This document shows, piece after piece, positions 17,829 through 27,261 of a stretch of DNA of 64,000 nt (positions are counted from its first letter, which is position 1; each line of letters begins with the position of its first letter). This DNA is from a virus (lineage: Duplodnaviria; Caudoviricetes), in the IMG/VR virus record IMGVR_UViG_2932572697_000002, positions 18,354-82,353 of that record. One strand, given 5' to 3'. A program made the translations under genes and the position numbers. The notes below the pieces were generated by a model. That model worked only from the letters and a program-made list of their open reading frames with translations, ran no database searches and had not been told where the DNA came from.

Positions 17829-18404
17829 ATGAAGCTCACCCAGATCGTGAAGCGCGCAGCCGGCCACTACACCGCCCGCACCACCGCCGGAACCTTCACC
17901 ATCACCCGCACCGGCCGCACCTGGCACCTCATCGGCCGCCGCATCACCGCCGCCTACCGCACCCTCCGCGCCGCGGTCGCCGCCATCAAGTCCCTCCGCC
18001 CCACCCCCCTCGGCGGTATGCCGACCCGCCTCACCAAGAACATCGCCCGCACCCACCAGGCCGCCCGCACCACGACCAAGGCCCTCAAGTACCGGTGCCT
18101 CTCCGGCCTCATCGCCGTCGCCGTCGACGCGGGCACCCTCATCCGCACCGGCGACATGCTCGACCGGCTCGGCGCCGACGACCTCAAGGACGGGTACAAG
18201 TCCTGGTACGGCCGGTATGTAAAGAAGGCGTACATCGCCGCCAACGGGCAGCCCCCGGTCATGGTGTGGGCGCAGCACCGCACCACCGGCCGGTGGATTC
18301 ACGTCGCCGCGTACCAGCCCCTCGACCGGGCCCTGTTCATCGGCCTGGCCACGTACAAGCAGACCCGGCACCTGGTCGCCGCCGACTTCGCGGAGTGCGC
18401 ATAG
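17829..18404 (+). CDS. Basic hypothetical protein
   Basis: GAGGGG RBS; high GC3. Confidence 0.7.
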   Translation: MKLTQIVKRAAGHYTARTTAGTFTITRTGRTWHLIGRRITAAYRTLRAAVAAIKSLRPTPLGGMPTRLTKNIARTHQAARTTTKALKYRCLSGLIAVAVDAGTLIRTGDMLDRLGADDLKDGYKSWYGRYVKKAYIAANGQPPVMVWAQHRTTGRWIHVAAYQPLDRALFIGLATYKQTRHLVAADFAECA

Positions 18405-18428
18405 ACCAACTTCCGAGCAGGAGACGCC

Positions 18429-18665
18429 ATGAGCGCAACCGCCGGCTTCTTCGAGGCCGACCGCACCTACCAGCGTCGTCGCTGGATTTTCCAGTGCCTC
18501 GCAGTCGCTCCGAGCCCCTTCGATCAGGAGATTCGAGCAGTCGGCTTTCTCTACCGCCCCGGTGAGCCCGCCACTGCAACTGCCCTGGATGCGGAGGACT
18601 GGGAGCTCGACGAGTGGAAGCCCACGCCCACCACCCCCGCCCTGTCTCCGGAAGGCCCCCGATGA
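18429..18665 (+). CDS. Hypothetical protein
   Basis: AGGAG RBS. Confidence 0.65.
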   Translation: MSATAGFFEADRTYQRRRWIFQCLAVAPSPFDQEIRAVGFLYRPGEPATATALDAEDWELDEWKPTPTTPALSPEGPR

Positions 18666-19126
18666 CCGACACCCCGATGACCCCGGACGCCGCCCTGGCC
18701 CGTCTCCGCCAGTACGGGGAGCGCACCTCGACCTGGTCGACCGCCACGTACAACGACGGCACCGAGAAGGCCCTGCACCAGATCGCGGTGAGCCTCGCCG
18801 GAGAGGTCGAGCGGCTGCGCGGTCGAGTTGCCGAGCTGAAGGCGTCCGTCTGCCGTTGCTTCGACCCGTCCCACCACAACCCGGACTGCGAGCGGGCCGT
18901 GGTCGTCTGGAACGGCATCAAGTACAACGCGGCCTCCTGGTACCGCGACGCCGACGGCGAGTGGTGGATGGCCTGCGCCGTCGACGACCAGGGCCAGCCG
19001 CTGATGCGGGTCTGGAACGACCCGAGCAACGAGCCGGTGCCCGTCAGCGAGGTCGAGTCGGACTACGGGCCGCTCTACCGATCCGACGACGGGCCGGACG
19101 AACTGCGGCAGCCCGAGGGTTTCTGA
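18662..19126 (+). CDS. Hypothetical phage protein (phiSA1p31-like C-terminus)
   Basis: YRDADGEWW..G.PLM..EVESDYGPL. Confidence 0.65.
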   Translation: MTDTPMTPDAALARLRQYGERTSTWSTATYNDGTEKALHQIAVSLAGEVERLRGRVAELKASVCRCFDPSHHNPDCERAVVVWNGIKYNAASWYRDADGEWWMACAVDDQGQPLMRVWNDPSNEPVPVSEVESDYGPLYRSDDGPDELRQPEGF

Positions 19127-19242
19127 TGACCCCGCTGCCAGCTCCGGCCCCGTTGCCGCCGTGGGAGGACACCCCGGCCGAAGTGAAACGCCGCGACCGC
19201 GAATGGTGGGAGCGGGACTATGACAACGACAACGAGGAGTAG
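19126..19242 (+). CDS. Small hypothetical protein
   Basis: TGATG coupling. Confidence 0.45.
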   Translation: MTPLPAPAPLPPWEDTPAEVKRRDREWWERDYDNDNEE

Positions 19243-19246
19243 ACCG

Positions 19247-19423
19247 ATGGCTACCAAGACCAGCGCCCGGGGGCGGTGCCGTGTCTGCGGCAGGAAGTAC
19301 AAGCTGACCCGGGCCGGGTTCCTGCCCCGGCATTGGGCGCGCAACGAGGACGGGCAGGCCGCCAGCGGCCTCCCGAACTGTCGCGGCGCCGGGATGGCCC
19401 CGACCGCATCGCCCACCACCTGA
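19247..19423 (+). CDS. Small Zn-finger protein
   Basis: CRVCGR...H...C.G.G. Confidence 0.6.
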   Translation: MATKTSARGRCRVCGRKYKLTRAGFLPRHWARNEDGQAASGLPNCRGAGMAPTASPTT

Positions 19424-19477
19424 CCGCCTCTGGGCTGCTGTGTACGGCACGGCAGCCCACAACCCGAGGAGAACACC

Positions 19478-19771
19478 ATGTCCGAATCCCCACTAGATGC
19501 TGCGGTGGAGTGCTTCGAGGCCCAGTACGTGACCCAGTTCTACGGCCACCAGGTCGCCACCCAGCTACGCGCACTCGCCGCCGAGACGCCCGCGCCAGCC
19601 GAACAGACCATGCTGACCGAGACCGAGCGGCAACTCCTCGACTTCGCCCTGGAACTGGCCGAAGAGGAAATCCACGCCCGGAACCTGGAGATCCCCGCCA
19701 AGGACCGGGACGCGCTCACCTCGCTCCGCCGCCTTGTCGACGACAGCACCACCCAGGAGCCCCCGCGATGA
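19478..19771 (+). CDS. Hypothetical protein
   Basis: GAGGAG RBS. Confidence 0.7.
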   Translation: MSESPLDAAVECFEAQYVTQFYGHQVATQLRALAAETPAPAEQTMLTETERQLLDFALELAEEEIHARNLEIPAKDRDALTSLRRLVDDSTTQEPPR

Positions 19772-20046
19772 TCCAGCCCGGACAGACCCGCGACGAGGCC
19801 GCCGAGCCGTACTGCACCGGTGACCGGTGCGGCGACTGCATCCCACCCAAGGACAAGGTCCACGGCGAGGACGACTGCTGCGAGGCCAGCTGCGGATGCT
19901 GCCCCCGCGTCGACGCGCACGGTCACTGCTTCCTCTACCCCGGCAGCGAGGAGGACTCGAAGTACTGCGACCAGCACGGCGAAAGGTGGCTCTTCGACCT
20001 CACCCCCGCCGCCGAACGCCGGTACCAGATCCTCCGCAACGCCTGA
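19768..20046 (+). CDS. Cys-rich hypothetical protein
   Basis: ATGA coupling; about 10 Cys. Confidence 0.6.
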   Translation: MIQPGQTRDEAAEPYCTGDRCGDCIPPKDKVHGEDDCCEASCGCCPRVDAHGHCFLYPGSEEDSKYCDQHGERWLFDLTPAAERRYQILRNA

Positions 20047-20240
20047 ACGGCTGGACGCCCACCGGCTCTTCTCTCATACTTGAAGTGCTCCCAGCATGCG
20101 AGCACACCCAGGCTTCTGCGGAACCTTGCCCGGGACCACGCACGCAGAAGCCACCACCCTGGGCCCGTCCTGAACCATCAGGCGGGCCCGAGGCATTGCA
20201 CGGGTGCGGTAGGTGATTCATACGTGAATGGAGCCACGTA

Positions 20241-20257
20241 CCCTACGATTCTATGGT
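20241..20257. promoter_or_regulatory. Late-gene palindrome copy upstream of terminase small subunit
   Basis: CCCTACGATTCTATGGT vs consensus ACCTNCGAWTCGNAGGT. Confidence 0.5.
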
Positions 20258-20299
20258 GAAGTCGATACTCCACTGAAGAATCGTTGGTCAGGAGTCGTA

Positions 20300-20833
20300 A
20301 TGGCAGCAGGAGCCGCACCCTACCGAAAGCTCGACCCCGCCCTTCGGGCCGAACGGGCCGCCATCGTCTTCGACCTCCGCCTCCAAGGCCTCAGCTACCG
20401 GCAAATCGACATCCTCACCCAAGCCCCCGACGGCCCCACCGGCGGCCACCGCATCAGCGCCACCAGCGCCAAAGAACTCCTCTACGAGGAAGTCGAACGG
20501 CGCGTCGACCCCAAAGTCGACGCCTGGCGCACCCTCCAGCTCGACCGCCTCGACGGCGTGCTACGCGACCACCTCGCCCTCCGCAACGCCAACTGGGACA
20601 AGGCGATGGACGGCGAGGAGCGCCCCGCCCTCGCCGTCGACCGGGCCCTCAACGGCGTCACCAAAATCGTCGAAGCGCAGAACAAGCTCCTCGGCCTCGC
20701 CACCACAAAGATCGAAGCCCAAGTTGTCGAGGTCACCCAGCAGGACGTCGAGCTCCAGGAAATGATCCGCACCGCCAAAGCCAAGGCCGCCCTCGAAGAG
20801 GCCGCGATCGTCGACGGCGAGGCCGGCGAATGA
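20300..20833 (+). CDS. Putative terminase small subunit (HTH)
   Basis: VFDLRLQGLSYRQI HTH, KLLGL motif; first gene of late operon. Confidence 0.7.
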   Translation: MAAGAAPYRKLDPALRAERAAIVFDLRLQGLSYRQIDILTQAPDGPTGGHRISATSAKELLYEEVERRVDPKVDAWRTLQLDRLDGVLRDHLALRNANWDKAMDGEERPALAVDRALNGVTKIVEAQNKLLGLATTKIEAQVVEVTQQDVELQEMIRTAKAKAALEEAAIVDGEAGE

Positions 20834-21108
20834 CCCGAACCGGCTACTACTACGAGTCTCTCGCCCCGGGCTGGCTGCACCACGACAGCGGCTACCGGGC
20901 GGCCCTCACCCAGCACATGCGCGACCGCATGGCACTCCAAGGGTTCGAGATCGTCGCCCCCATCCGCATCCGGCAGGTCACCGACGGTGTTCCCGCCCCG
21001 GTCGGCATGGTCCTGCTGCGAGTCGACACCGAAGTCGAGGAGTTCGACATCGAGGTTGGCGAAGAAGGGGCGGGCCAGGCGCAGGAAGACGCCCCAAGTG
21101 GACCTTGA
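20830..21108 (+). CDS. Hypothetical protein
   Basis: ATGA coupling. Confidence 0.6.
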   Translation: MTRTGYYYESLAPGWLHHDSGYRAALTQHMRDRMALQGFEIVAPIRIRQVTDGVPAPVGMVLLRVDTEVEEFDIEVGEEGAGQAQEDAPSGP

Positions 21109-21201
21109 GCTGGGACAATTGGGCTACGCCACCAACCAGAAAGCCCCGGCGAGTGCTGATGACACTCCCGGGGCGCGGCCCACCTGAAAGAGCAGGCAGA
21201 C

Positions 21202-22041
21202 GTGACGAAGACTACTCGGGGCCGAACCCCCAACGATCGCTGTGGAACCTGTGGCAGAGGCAAGGCGGAGGAGCCAGAACAGTTCCGCGTAAGGCGCCGC
21301 AACGGGAAGGAGGCGCCCCACTGCGACTGCAGGCCCTGCGAGGCCGTGAAGCGACGGGCCAAACAGAGAGAGCGGGAGCTCAGCGCTGAGCGATGTGCCG
21401 TTGAAGAATGCTCACGATCAGTGCTTGCGCGAGGTTGGTGCGCAGGTCACTACAGTCGCTGGCGACAGAAGGGGGACGTTGGGGGAGCCGAGCTCCGCCG
21501 GCGCGGAAGTGGTGTTGAGGCATGCTCCTTCCTCGGGTGCGGTAGGCCGCACCTATCTAAAGGGCTGTGCGTCGGTCACTACGGACAGAAGGCGGCAGGT
21601 CGCCCCCTCGTCCCCATCAGGAAGAAGCGCTTTCCGGCGGCGCGGGATGAAATGGGGCGGAAGCAATGCACCTCATGCGACGCCTGGCTATCCCCTGAAC
21701 GGTTCTCCCGAAGAGTGGCATCTGAGGATGGGCTCTCCCCTTCCTGCCGAAGGTGTCAACGTGATCGTCAACTGAAGCGGTGCTTCGGAATTACGCTCGC
21801 TCGGTACGAATCGATTCTGGCGGGCCAGGGGGGCGGTTGCGCCGTATGCGGCAAGCCAGAAGAGGCCAACGGGAAAATGCTCGCCGTAGATCATGACCAC
21901 ACGTGCTGCCCAGATCGGTTGACGTGCGGAGCCTGTGTTCGCGGCTTGCTGTGCAGTGGCTGCAACCTTCATCTTGGAGCGATCGGCGACAGAGTTGATC
22001 ACCTTGAGGCGATGGTTGCGTACCTGCGTGGCGCAACCTAG
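21202..22041 (+). CDS. Endonuclease VII-family (homing) endonuclease with N-terminal Zn-finger repeats
   Basis: FGITLARYE..Q.G.CAVC..LAVDHDH..VRGLLC..CN..LG. Confidence 0.88.
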   Translation: MTKTTRGRTPNDRCGTCGRGKAEEPEQFRVRRRNGKEAPHCDCRPCEAVKRRAKQRERELSAERCAVEECSRSVLARGWCAGHYSRWRQKGDVGGAELRRRGSGVEACSFLGCGRPHLSKGLCVGHYGQKAAGRPLVPIRKKRFPAARDEMGRKQCTSCDAWLSPERFSRRVASEDGLSPSCRRCQRDRQLKRCFGITLARYESILAGQGGGCAVCGKPEEANGKMLAVDHDHTCCPDRLTCGACVRGLLCSGCNLHLGAIGDRVDHLEAMVAYLRGAT

Positions 22042-22080
22042 GAATCAACGAATGGCGACCAAGAGATCGAAGGGGGCAGT

Positions 22081-23643
22081 GTGAGCGACGCGACAGCTAT
22101 AGCGGACATCGCCGTGTCCGATCCGTATGACCCCCATGCGAACGCTGAGACGTTCGACTTTCAGGCCTGGCTCGCCTCTCTCGACGCTCGCCTACTGGCA
22201 GCATCGGAAGGCCGGCGCCTCCTGACCAGGCTATCGCCTGCCCTTTTCGCCGTGACGTACCTGCGTCACCATCTTCAGGACGTCGACGGCAACATCTCCT
22301 TCGCGGACGCCCACCTCGACTGGTGTCGTGCCGCCCGCTCATGGGTTCGCCCAGTGCGGCAGCCAGCCGAGCAGCGTGACGCCTGGGTTGCCCCGCGGAA
22401 CACAGGGAAATCGACTTGGTGGTTCCTGATTCTGCCCCTGTGGGCGGCGGCGCACGGACACGTCAAATTTGCTGCTGCGTTTGCAGCGTCAGCTTCACAG
22501 AGTGAAACCCACCTCGGAACCTTCAAGGGGGAAGTAGATCGCAACGAACTCTTGCGACAGGACTTCCCTGACCTCTGCGCCCCAGCCCGGCGCCCTTCGG
22601 GTGCGAACGTTGCTGACACGCAGTCGATGTACGTGGCCAAGAGCGGATTCGCGTTCGCAGCAAGGGGCATCGACAGCTCCAGCCTCGGCATGAAGATCGG
22701 GGAGCAGCGACCTGACCTCTTGCTGCTAGACGACATTGAGCCAGACGAAAGTAGCTATTCACCCGATCTCGCCGCGAAACGGAAGACGACTCTTCTCGAC
22801 GCGATCTTGCCCCTCAATATCTATGCGCGGGTGGTGATTTCGGGCACGGTCACTATGCCGGGATCCGTGATCCACCAGCTTGTAAAGGCAGCTCGCGGCG
22901 TTGAGACGGCCGACTGGATCCGCGAAGAGGGCATCCGCGCCCACTACTCAGCTCCGATCGTTGAACGCCCAGACGGCACCGAGCGCAGCATGTGGCCAGC
23001 GAAGTGGCCCTACCCCTACCTCCTCAGCATCAGGGCCACGCGCTCCTACGCCAAAAACATGGCCAACGATCCCATGGGCGCTGACGGTGACCTCTGGACT
23101 CCTGACGACTTCCGCTACCCCGGGGAAGAGGGGCCTGACCCGGTTACGCACATGATGCTGAGCATCGACCCTGCGGTGACTACGAAGAAGAAGTCGGACT
23201 TCACCGCCTTGGGCGTTGTCTCGTGGTCGGCGCGCCACCGGCGTTGCACCGTGCACGATGCGTGGTCGCTGAAGATCCAGCCTGGCCCGCTGCTCCGGAA
23301 CCGGGTCCTGGCGGTCCTGGACGAGCACCCGGAGATCGGCCTGATCCTCGTGGAGATCAACCAGGGCGGGGATACCTGGAAAGCGATCTTGCACGACATG
23401 CCGGTGAAGGTGAAGACCGTTCAGCAGGTGGAGAACAAGTTCACCCGGGCTGAGGGCGTCCTGAATCACTACCAGCGGGGCCGGGTGATCCACGCCCGCA
23501 AGCTCGTCGACCTGGAGCAGCAGATGTGCGCGTTTCCGAAGGCGCCGCACGACGACATGGTCGACGCTGTCGGGTCCGCGGTCCGCCGGTTCATCCCGCC
23601 AGCGAAGAAGACGGCGTCGGCGACGCAGTCCACCTATGTGTAG
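22081..23643 (+). CDS. terL: Terminase large subunit
   Basis: Walker A APRNTGKST, LLLLDDIE, nuclease SIDPA..SDFTA..HDDMVDA. Confidence 0.93.
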   Translation: MSDATAIADIAVSDPYDPHANAETFDFQAWLASLDARLLAASEGRRLLTRLSPALFAVTYLRHHLQDVDGNISFADAHLDWCRAARSWVRPVRQPAEQRDAWVAPRNTGKSTWWFLILPLWAAAHGHVKFAAAFAASASQSETHLGTFKGEVDRNELLRQDFPDLCAPARRPSGANVADTQSMYVAKSGFAFAARGIDSSSLGMKIGEQRPDLLLLDDIEPDESSYSPDLAAKRKTTLLDAILPLNIYARVVISGTVTMPGSVIHQLVKAARGVETADWIREEGIRAHYSAPIVERPDGTERSMWPAKWPYPYLLSIRATRSYAKNMANDPMGADGDLWTPDDFRYPGEEGPDPVTHMMLSIDPAVTTKKKSDFTALGVVSWSARHRRCTVHDAWSLKIQPGPLLRNRVLAVLDEHPEIGLILVEINQGGDTWKAILHDMPVKVKTVQQVENKFTRAEGVLNHYQRGRVIHARKLVDLEQQMCAFPKAPHDDMVDAVGSAVRRFIPPAKKTASATQSTYV

Positions 23644-23680
23644 CACCGAAGAATCTTCGGGCAAACCCGCGTCCGGGCGA

Positions 23681-23724
23681 AGCTTCTAATCCAAGGAGCC
23701 TCAGTTATCCTTTGATTCGTAGGT
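23681..23724. promoter_or_regulatory. Late-gene palindrome copies upstream of portal
   Basis: TCCTTTGATTCGTAGGT (23708) and weaker AGCTTCTAATCCAAGGA (23681). Confidence 0.6.
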
Positions 23725-23742
23725 CAAGGGCTGGAGGCTGCC

Positions 23743-25290
23743 TTGGATGACAGGTCGATCAACGATCTGATGCTGGGCATACGCGAGCTCGACGACGCCC
23801 GCCCCGGCTACGCCAAAGCTCAGGCCTACTACGACGGCGACGTCGCAGAGGTCTTCTCGTCCAGCAGGATCCGCCGCGCGCTCGCCGCGAAGGGCATCGA
23901 CTTCCGTCTCAACTTCGCCAAGACCCCCGTCACCGCAGTCGTCAAACGGCTGAAGATCGCGGCGATCACCAGCCCGGACGACGCGCAGAGCGAAGCCCTT
24001 GCCACCATATGGCGCGAAAACCAGCTCGCCCTCGAAGTCCCAGACCTGCACTCCAAAACCTGCATGTTCGGTGACGGCTACCTCATGGTCCTCCCCATCG
24101 AGGACGACAAGGGCAAGGTCACCGGTGTCGAGATGTACTACAACTCGCCCACCACGGTGCGCGCCATCTACCGCGAAGACCGCCCCCGCGAAGTCAACTT
24201 CTACATCAAGCGGTGGACCGAACACGGCCGCGTCCGCGCCGAGCTCTTCTACAACAACCACGTGAAGCGCTGGACCACCAAGAAAGACAGCAAGGGCAGC
24301 GAACCCGGCGACTGGGAACCGTGGCTCGTCACCCCGGACGGCGACGAAAGCCCCGACCCCGACTCCTGGTTCATCCCGCACACCTGGGGCTGGGAGCAGC
24401 ACCCGGTCTTCCACTTCCGCAACGCACGCCCCTACGGGCGGCCCGAACATGCCGACGCCTACGGTGCGCAGAACGCCGTCACCAAGCTGACCACCACGCA
24501 CATGGGCACCGTCGACTACCAGGGCGCGCCCCAGCGGTACGCCCTCACCGAAGCCGCCAACACCGACACTTCGGATCTGGAGCCCGGCGACTGGGACGAC
24601 GATGACTGGCCGCCCAACGAGCCGAACACTGGGCCGCGCGACAGCGGCGACGACTCCGCACTGAAAGCTGACCCCGGCGGCATGTGGTTGCTTCGCGGCT
24701 TCAAGGGCGTGGGAGAGTTCAAGGCCGCCGACCCCAAGGCGTTCCTCGACCCCGCCGACTGGTACGTCCGGGCCATGGCCCACGTCAGTGACACCCCGTC
24801 GCACCACTTCGACATCAGCGGCGACGAACCCTCTGGTGAATCCCGGCGACGCAAGGACGCCCCTCTCGTCGACAAGGTCGAAGACCGGCAGAAGCTCTTC
24901 GGGGCCACCCACGTCGAAGCGCACGTCTTCGCCCTGAAGCTGCTGGGCTTCGAGGATCCGGTCGTGGACGTCCGCTGGAAGCCGGCCGCCATGGTCGAGG
25001 ACAGCGAGGGCTGGAAGACCGTCAGCGAGAAGGTCGCCAACGGCGTGCCGCGCAAGCAGGCTTTGATGGAGACCGGCTACCGGCAAGAGCAGGTCGACGA
25101 GTGGCTTGACGGGGTCGACGACGCCGAACTCCAGCGGCGCGTCGACATTCTCGCCAGCCTTGCGGACTCCGCTCAGAAGCTCGGCGCCGCCGCCGCACTG
25201 GAAGTCGTCAACAGGGAGCAGGTCACCGCACTCCTCAATGGCGCTCTCTCCGAGGTGGAGCTCCTCGCCGGTGTACAGGAGGCCACCTGA
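23743..25290 (+). CDS. Portal protein (SPP1 gp6-like)
   Basis: AYYDG..NFAKTPV, HFRN..YGRPE, PSGES; follows terL. Confidence 0.9.
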   Translation: MDDRSINDLMLGIRELDDARPGYAKAQAYYDGDVAEVFSSSRIRRALAAKGIDFRLNFAKTPVTAVVKRLKIAAITSPDDAQSEALATIWRENQLALEVPDLHSKTCMFGDGYLMVLPIEDDKGKVTGVEMYYNSPTTVRAIYREDRPREVNFYIKRWTEHGRVRAELFYNNHVKRWTTKKDSKGSEPGDWEPWLVTPDGDESPDPDSWFIPHTWGWEQHPVFHFRNARPYGRPEHADAYGAQNAVTKLTTTHMGTVDYQGAPQRYALTEAANTDTSDLEPGDWDDDDWPPNEPNTGPRDSGDDSALKADPGGMWLLRGFKGVGEFKAADPKAFLDPADWYVRAMAHVSDTPSHHFDISGDEPSGESRRRKDAPLVDKVEDRQKLFGATHVEAHVFALKLLGFEDPVVDVRWKPAAMVEDSEGWKTVSEKVANGVPRKQALMETGYRQEQVDEWLDGVDDAELQRRVDILASLADSAQKLGAAAALEVVNREQVTALLNGALSEVELLAGVQEAT

Positions 25291-26297
25291 TGGCCACCCC
25301 GGAGGAGCTCGCCGACCTTGTACAGCAGGACCACACCGGCGAGATCAGCACTCTCGAAGAGGCCGCCATTGCGGCGCTGCTTGCGGGCACGGGCGTGCAG
25401 TTCGAGCGGCTGATCCGCAGGACGCTCACCGCCTGGACCATCGCCTTCGGCAGCCCGGACGCTCTGGCCACCCCGGGGGCGGCGTTGAACCGCCTCATGG
25501 CGTCGGTGCGCTCGGTCGTGCGCCGCATCGTTGGTGACCTCGGGAAGCGTGCTGCGGCAGCGTTGACTGAAGTGCTGCCGTCGATCGCCCGAGCCGCCAC
25601 CCAGCAAGGGGCAGGATTCGTGCGGGCCGCGTCCGGGCGCCCGTTCCAGCAGCCACCGGCAAGGGTCCCCTCCCGCATGAAGGCCCGTGCCGCAGCTATG
25701 GCTGACGCTGTCGACGAGCAGGTGCTCCGGTCGCTCACCGCCTTGAAGGCCCGCACGGTTCGCCGCTGGTCCGATGTTCTCACCGGTATCGGCATCGCGC
25801 GCAGCGTGACATCGACCGTGGAGCGGCATGTGGCCACCGCGGTCACCGACGTCGTCAACGACACCTTGCAGATGACGGTGCGCATGGTCGGGGGGATGCG
25901 CCTCTGGATCGCTGAGGCCGATGCCTGCGTGACCTGCTCCGCCTACTCCGGACTCCTCGCCGACGCTGGCACGCCCTTCCTTGGCGGCCTCTCGTGGGAT
26001 CCCAGCCAGCGCACTGACGGTGCTGACCGCATCGACTCGCCGCCGGTGCATCCGCGGTGTCGTTGCCGTGTCCTCCCGTGGCTGCCTCGCTGGTCCGCCG
26101 GCCAAGTCCCGCTGCCGCTGCATCTCCAGAGGCGGGCCCGCAGCAACATCGCACACGGTCACGGCAGGCCCAGCGAATCCAGGGCCGCCCGGGTGCGGGC
26201 AGCCGCAGAGTTGCTGCGGTCCGGTGTTGACCTCCCCCCAGACGTGCGTGCCGCCGCCCAGCGTGCGGTCCGCAACCGGCGGTTCGCCGCCGCATAG
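25290..26297 (+). CDS. Minor head / head morphogenesis (MuF-like) protein
   Basis: DACVTC..PPVHPRCRC. Confidence 0.8.
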   Translation: MATPEELADLVQQDHTGEISTLEEAAIAALLAGTGVQFERLIRRTLTAWTIAFGSPDALATPGAALNRLMASVRSVVRRIVGDLGKRAAAALTEVLPSIARAATQQGAGFVRAASGRPFQQPPARVPSRMKARAAAMADAVDEQVLRSLTALKARTVRRWSDVLTGIGIARSVTSTVERHVATAVTDVVNDTLQMTVRMVGGMRLWIAEADACVTCSAYSGLLADAGTPFLGGLSWDPSQRTDGADRIDSPPVHPRCRCRVLPWLPRWSAGQVPLPLHLQRRARSNIAHGHGRPSESRAARVRAAAELLRSGVDLPPDVRAAAQRAVRNRRFAAA

Positions 26298-26346
26298 ACC
26301 CGGCGCCCGCGAAGGGCCGCCGCTACACCCCCGTGATGGAGGACCA

Positions 26347-27126
26347 ATGAACCTCACCGATCCCGACATTCACCCGGCCGGCATCAGCCTGCCGCCCGGC
26401 ACGATCATCGGCTACGTCGCCGGCCGCCCCATCTTCAACGTCGCGGGCGGCGCCCCGGACGACGACGAGATCGAAGTCGACGACACGGTCGACGAGGAGC
26501 CCGAGCCGGAAGAGGAGGTCGAGGAGCCGAATGGGGACCCGAAGCCGAAGCCCCCGGCCAAGGCGGCGGAAGCCCCGAAGCCGGGCGACGACGACTACGT
26601 CGCCCCGTCGAAGGATGAATGGGCGCGCACTCAGGCTGCGCTGAAGAAGGCCAACGACGACGCGAAGCGCCACCGGCTCCGCAACAAGGAGCTTGAGGAG
26701 AAGACCCGCGCTGATGAGACAGAGCACGAGAAGGCGCTGCGCCTCGCCCGGGAGGAAGGCGAGAAGCTGTACCGCGCCCCCCTGGTGAAGACGGCCGCCC
26801 GAGGCGCGCTCGTCGAGGCAGGGGCACTGTCGTTCCTGTCCGAGGAGAAGGAGCCGGAGAGTCGCGAAGCGAAGGACAAGGGGGAGTCGCGCCTCAACCG
26901 GCTGATGCGCCTGCTCGACACGGACGCCCTCGAAGTCGACGAGGATGGTGCCGTGTCCGGGCTGGAAGCCGCAGTGGACGACCTGCGCCAGGACTACCCG
27001 GAACTCTTCTCCGCTCCCGCACGCAAGACGAAGGTTCGGCCGAGCATCGCCCCGAAGCCGCCGGCGGATGAGAAGCCGAAGTCGGCGGCGGAGCGGCACG
27101 CGGCGAAGGTGCTAGGCAACGCTTGA
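26347..27126 (+). CDS. Capsid scaffolding protein
   Basis: Acidic, coiled coil, YPELF; precedes capsid. Confidence 0.8.
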   Translation: MNLTDPDIHPAGISLPPGTIIGYVAGRPIFNVAGGAPDDDEIEVDDTVDEEPEPEEEVEEPNGDPKPKPPAKAAEAPKPGDDDYVAPSKDEWARTQAALKKANDDAKRHRLRNKELEEKTRADETEHEKALRLAREEGEKLYRAPLVKTAARGALVEAGALSFLSEEKEPESREAKDKGESRLNRLMRLLDTDALEVDEDGAVSGLEAAVDDLRQDYPELFSAPARKTKVRPSIAPKPPADEKPKSAAERHAAKVLGNA

Positions 27127-27137
27127 CATTCGAAGGT
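27121..27137. promoter_or_regulatory. Late-gene palindrome copy upstream of capsid
   Basis: GCTTGACATTCGAAGGT; right half matches consensus. Confidence 0.5.
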
Positions 27138-27261
27138 ATATTCATCACCAGATGAATTGATTCGGTGATCGAATCGAGGAATCGCCCTTGTATGCGAAGG
27201 CGCCCGTGATGGGGCCCGAGCCCACCAGCTTCCCCATCACGCCGCCCGCAGGAGGGCTCTC

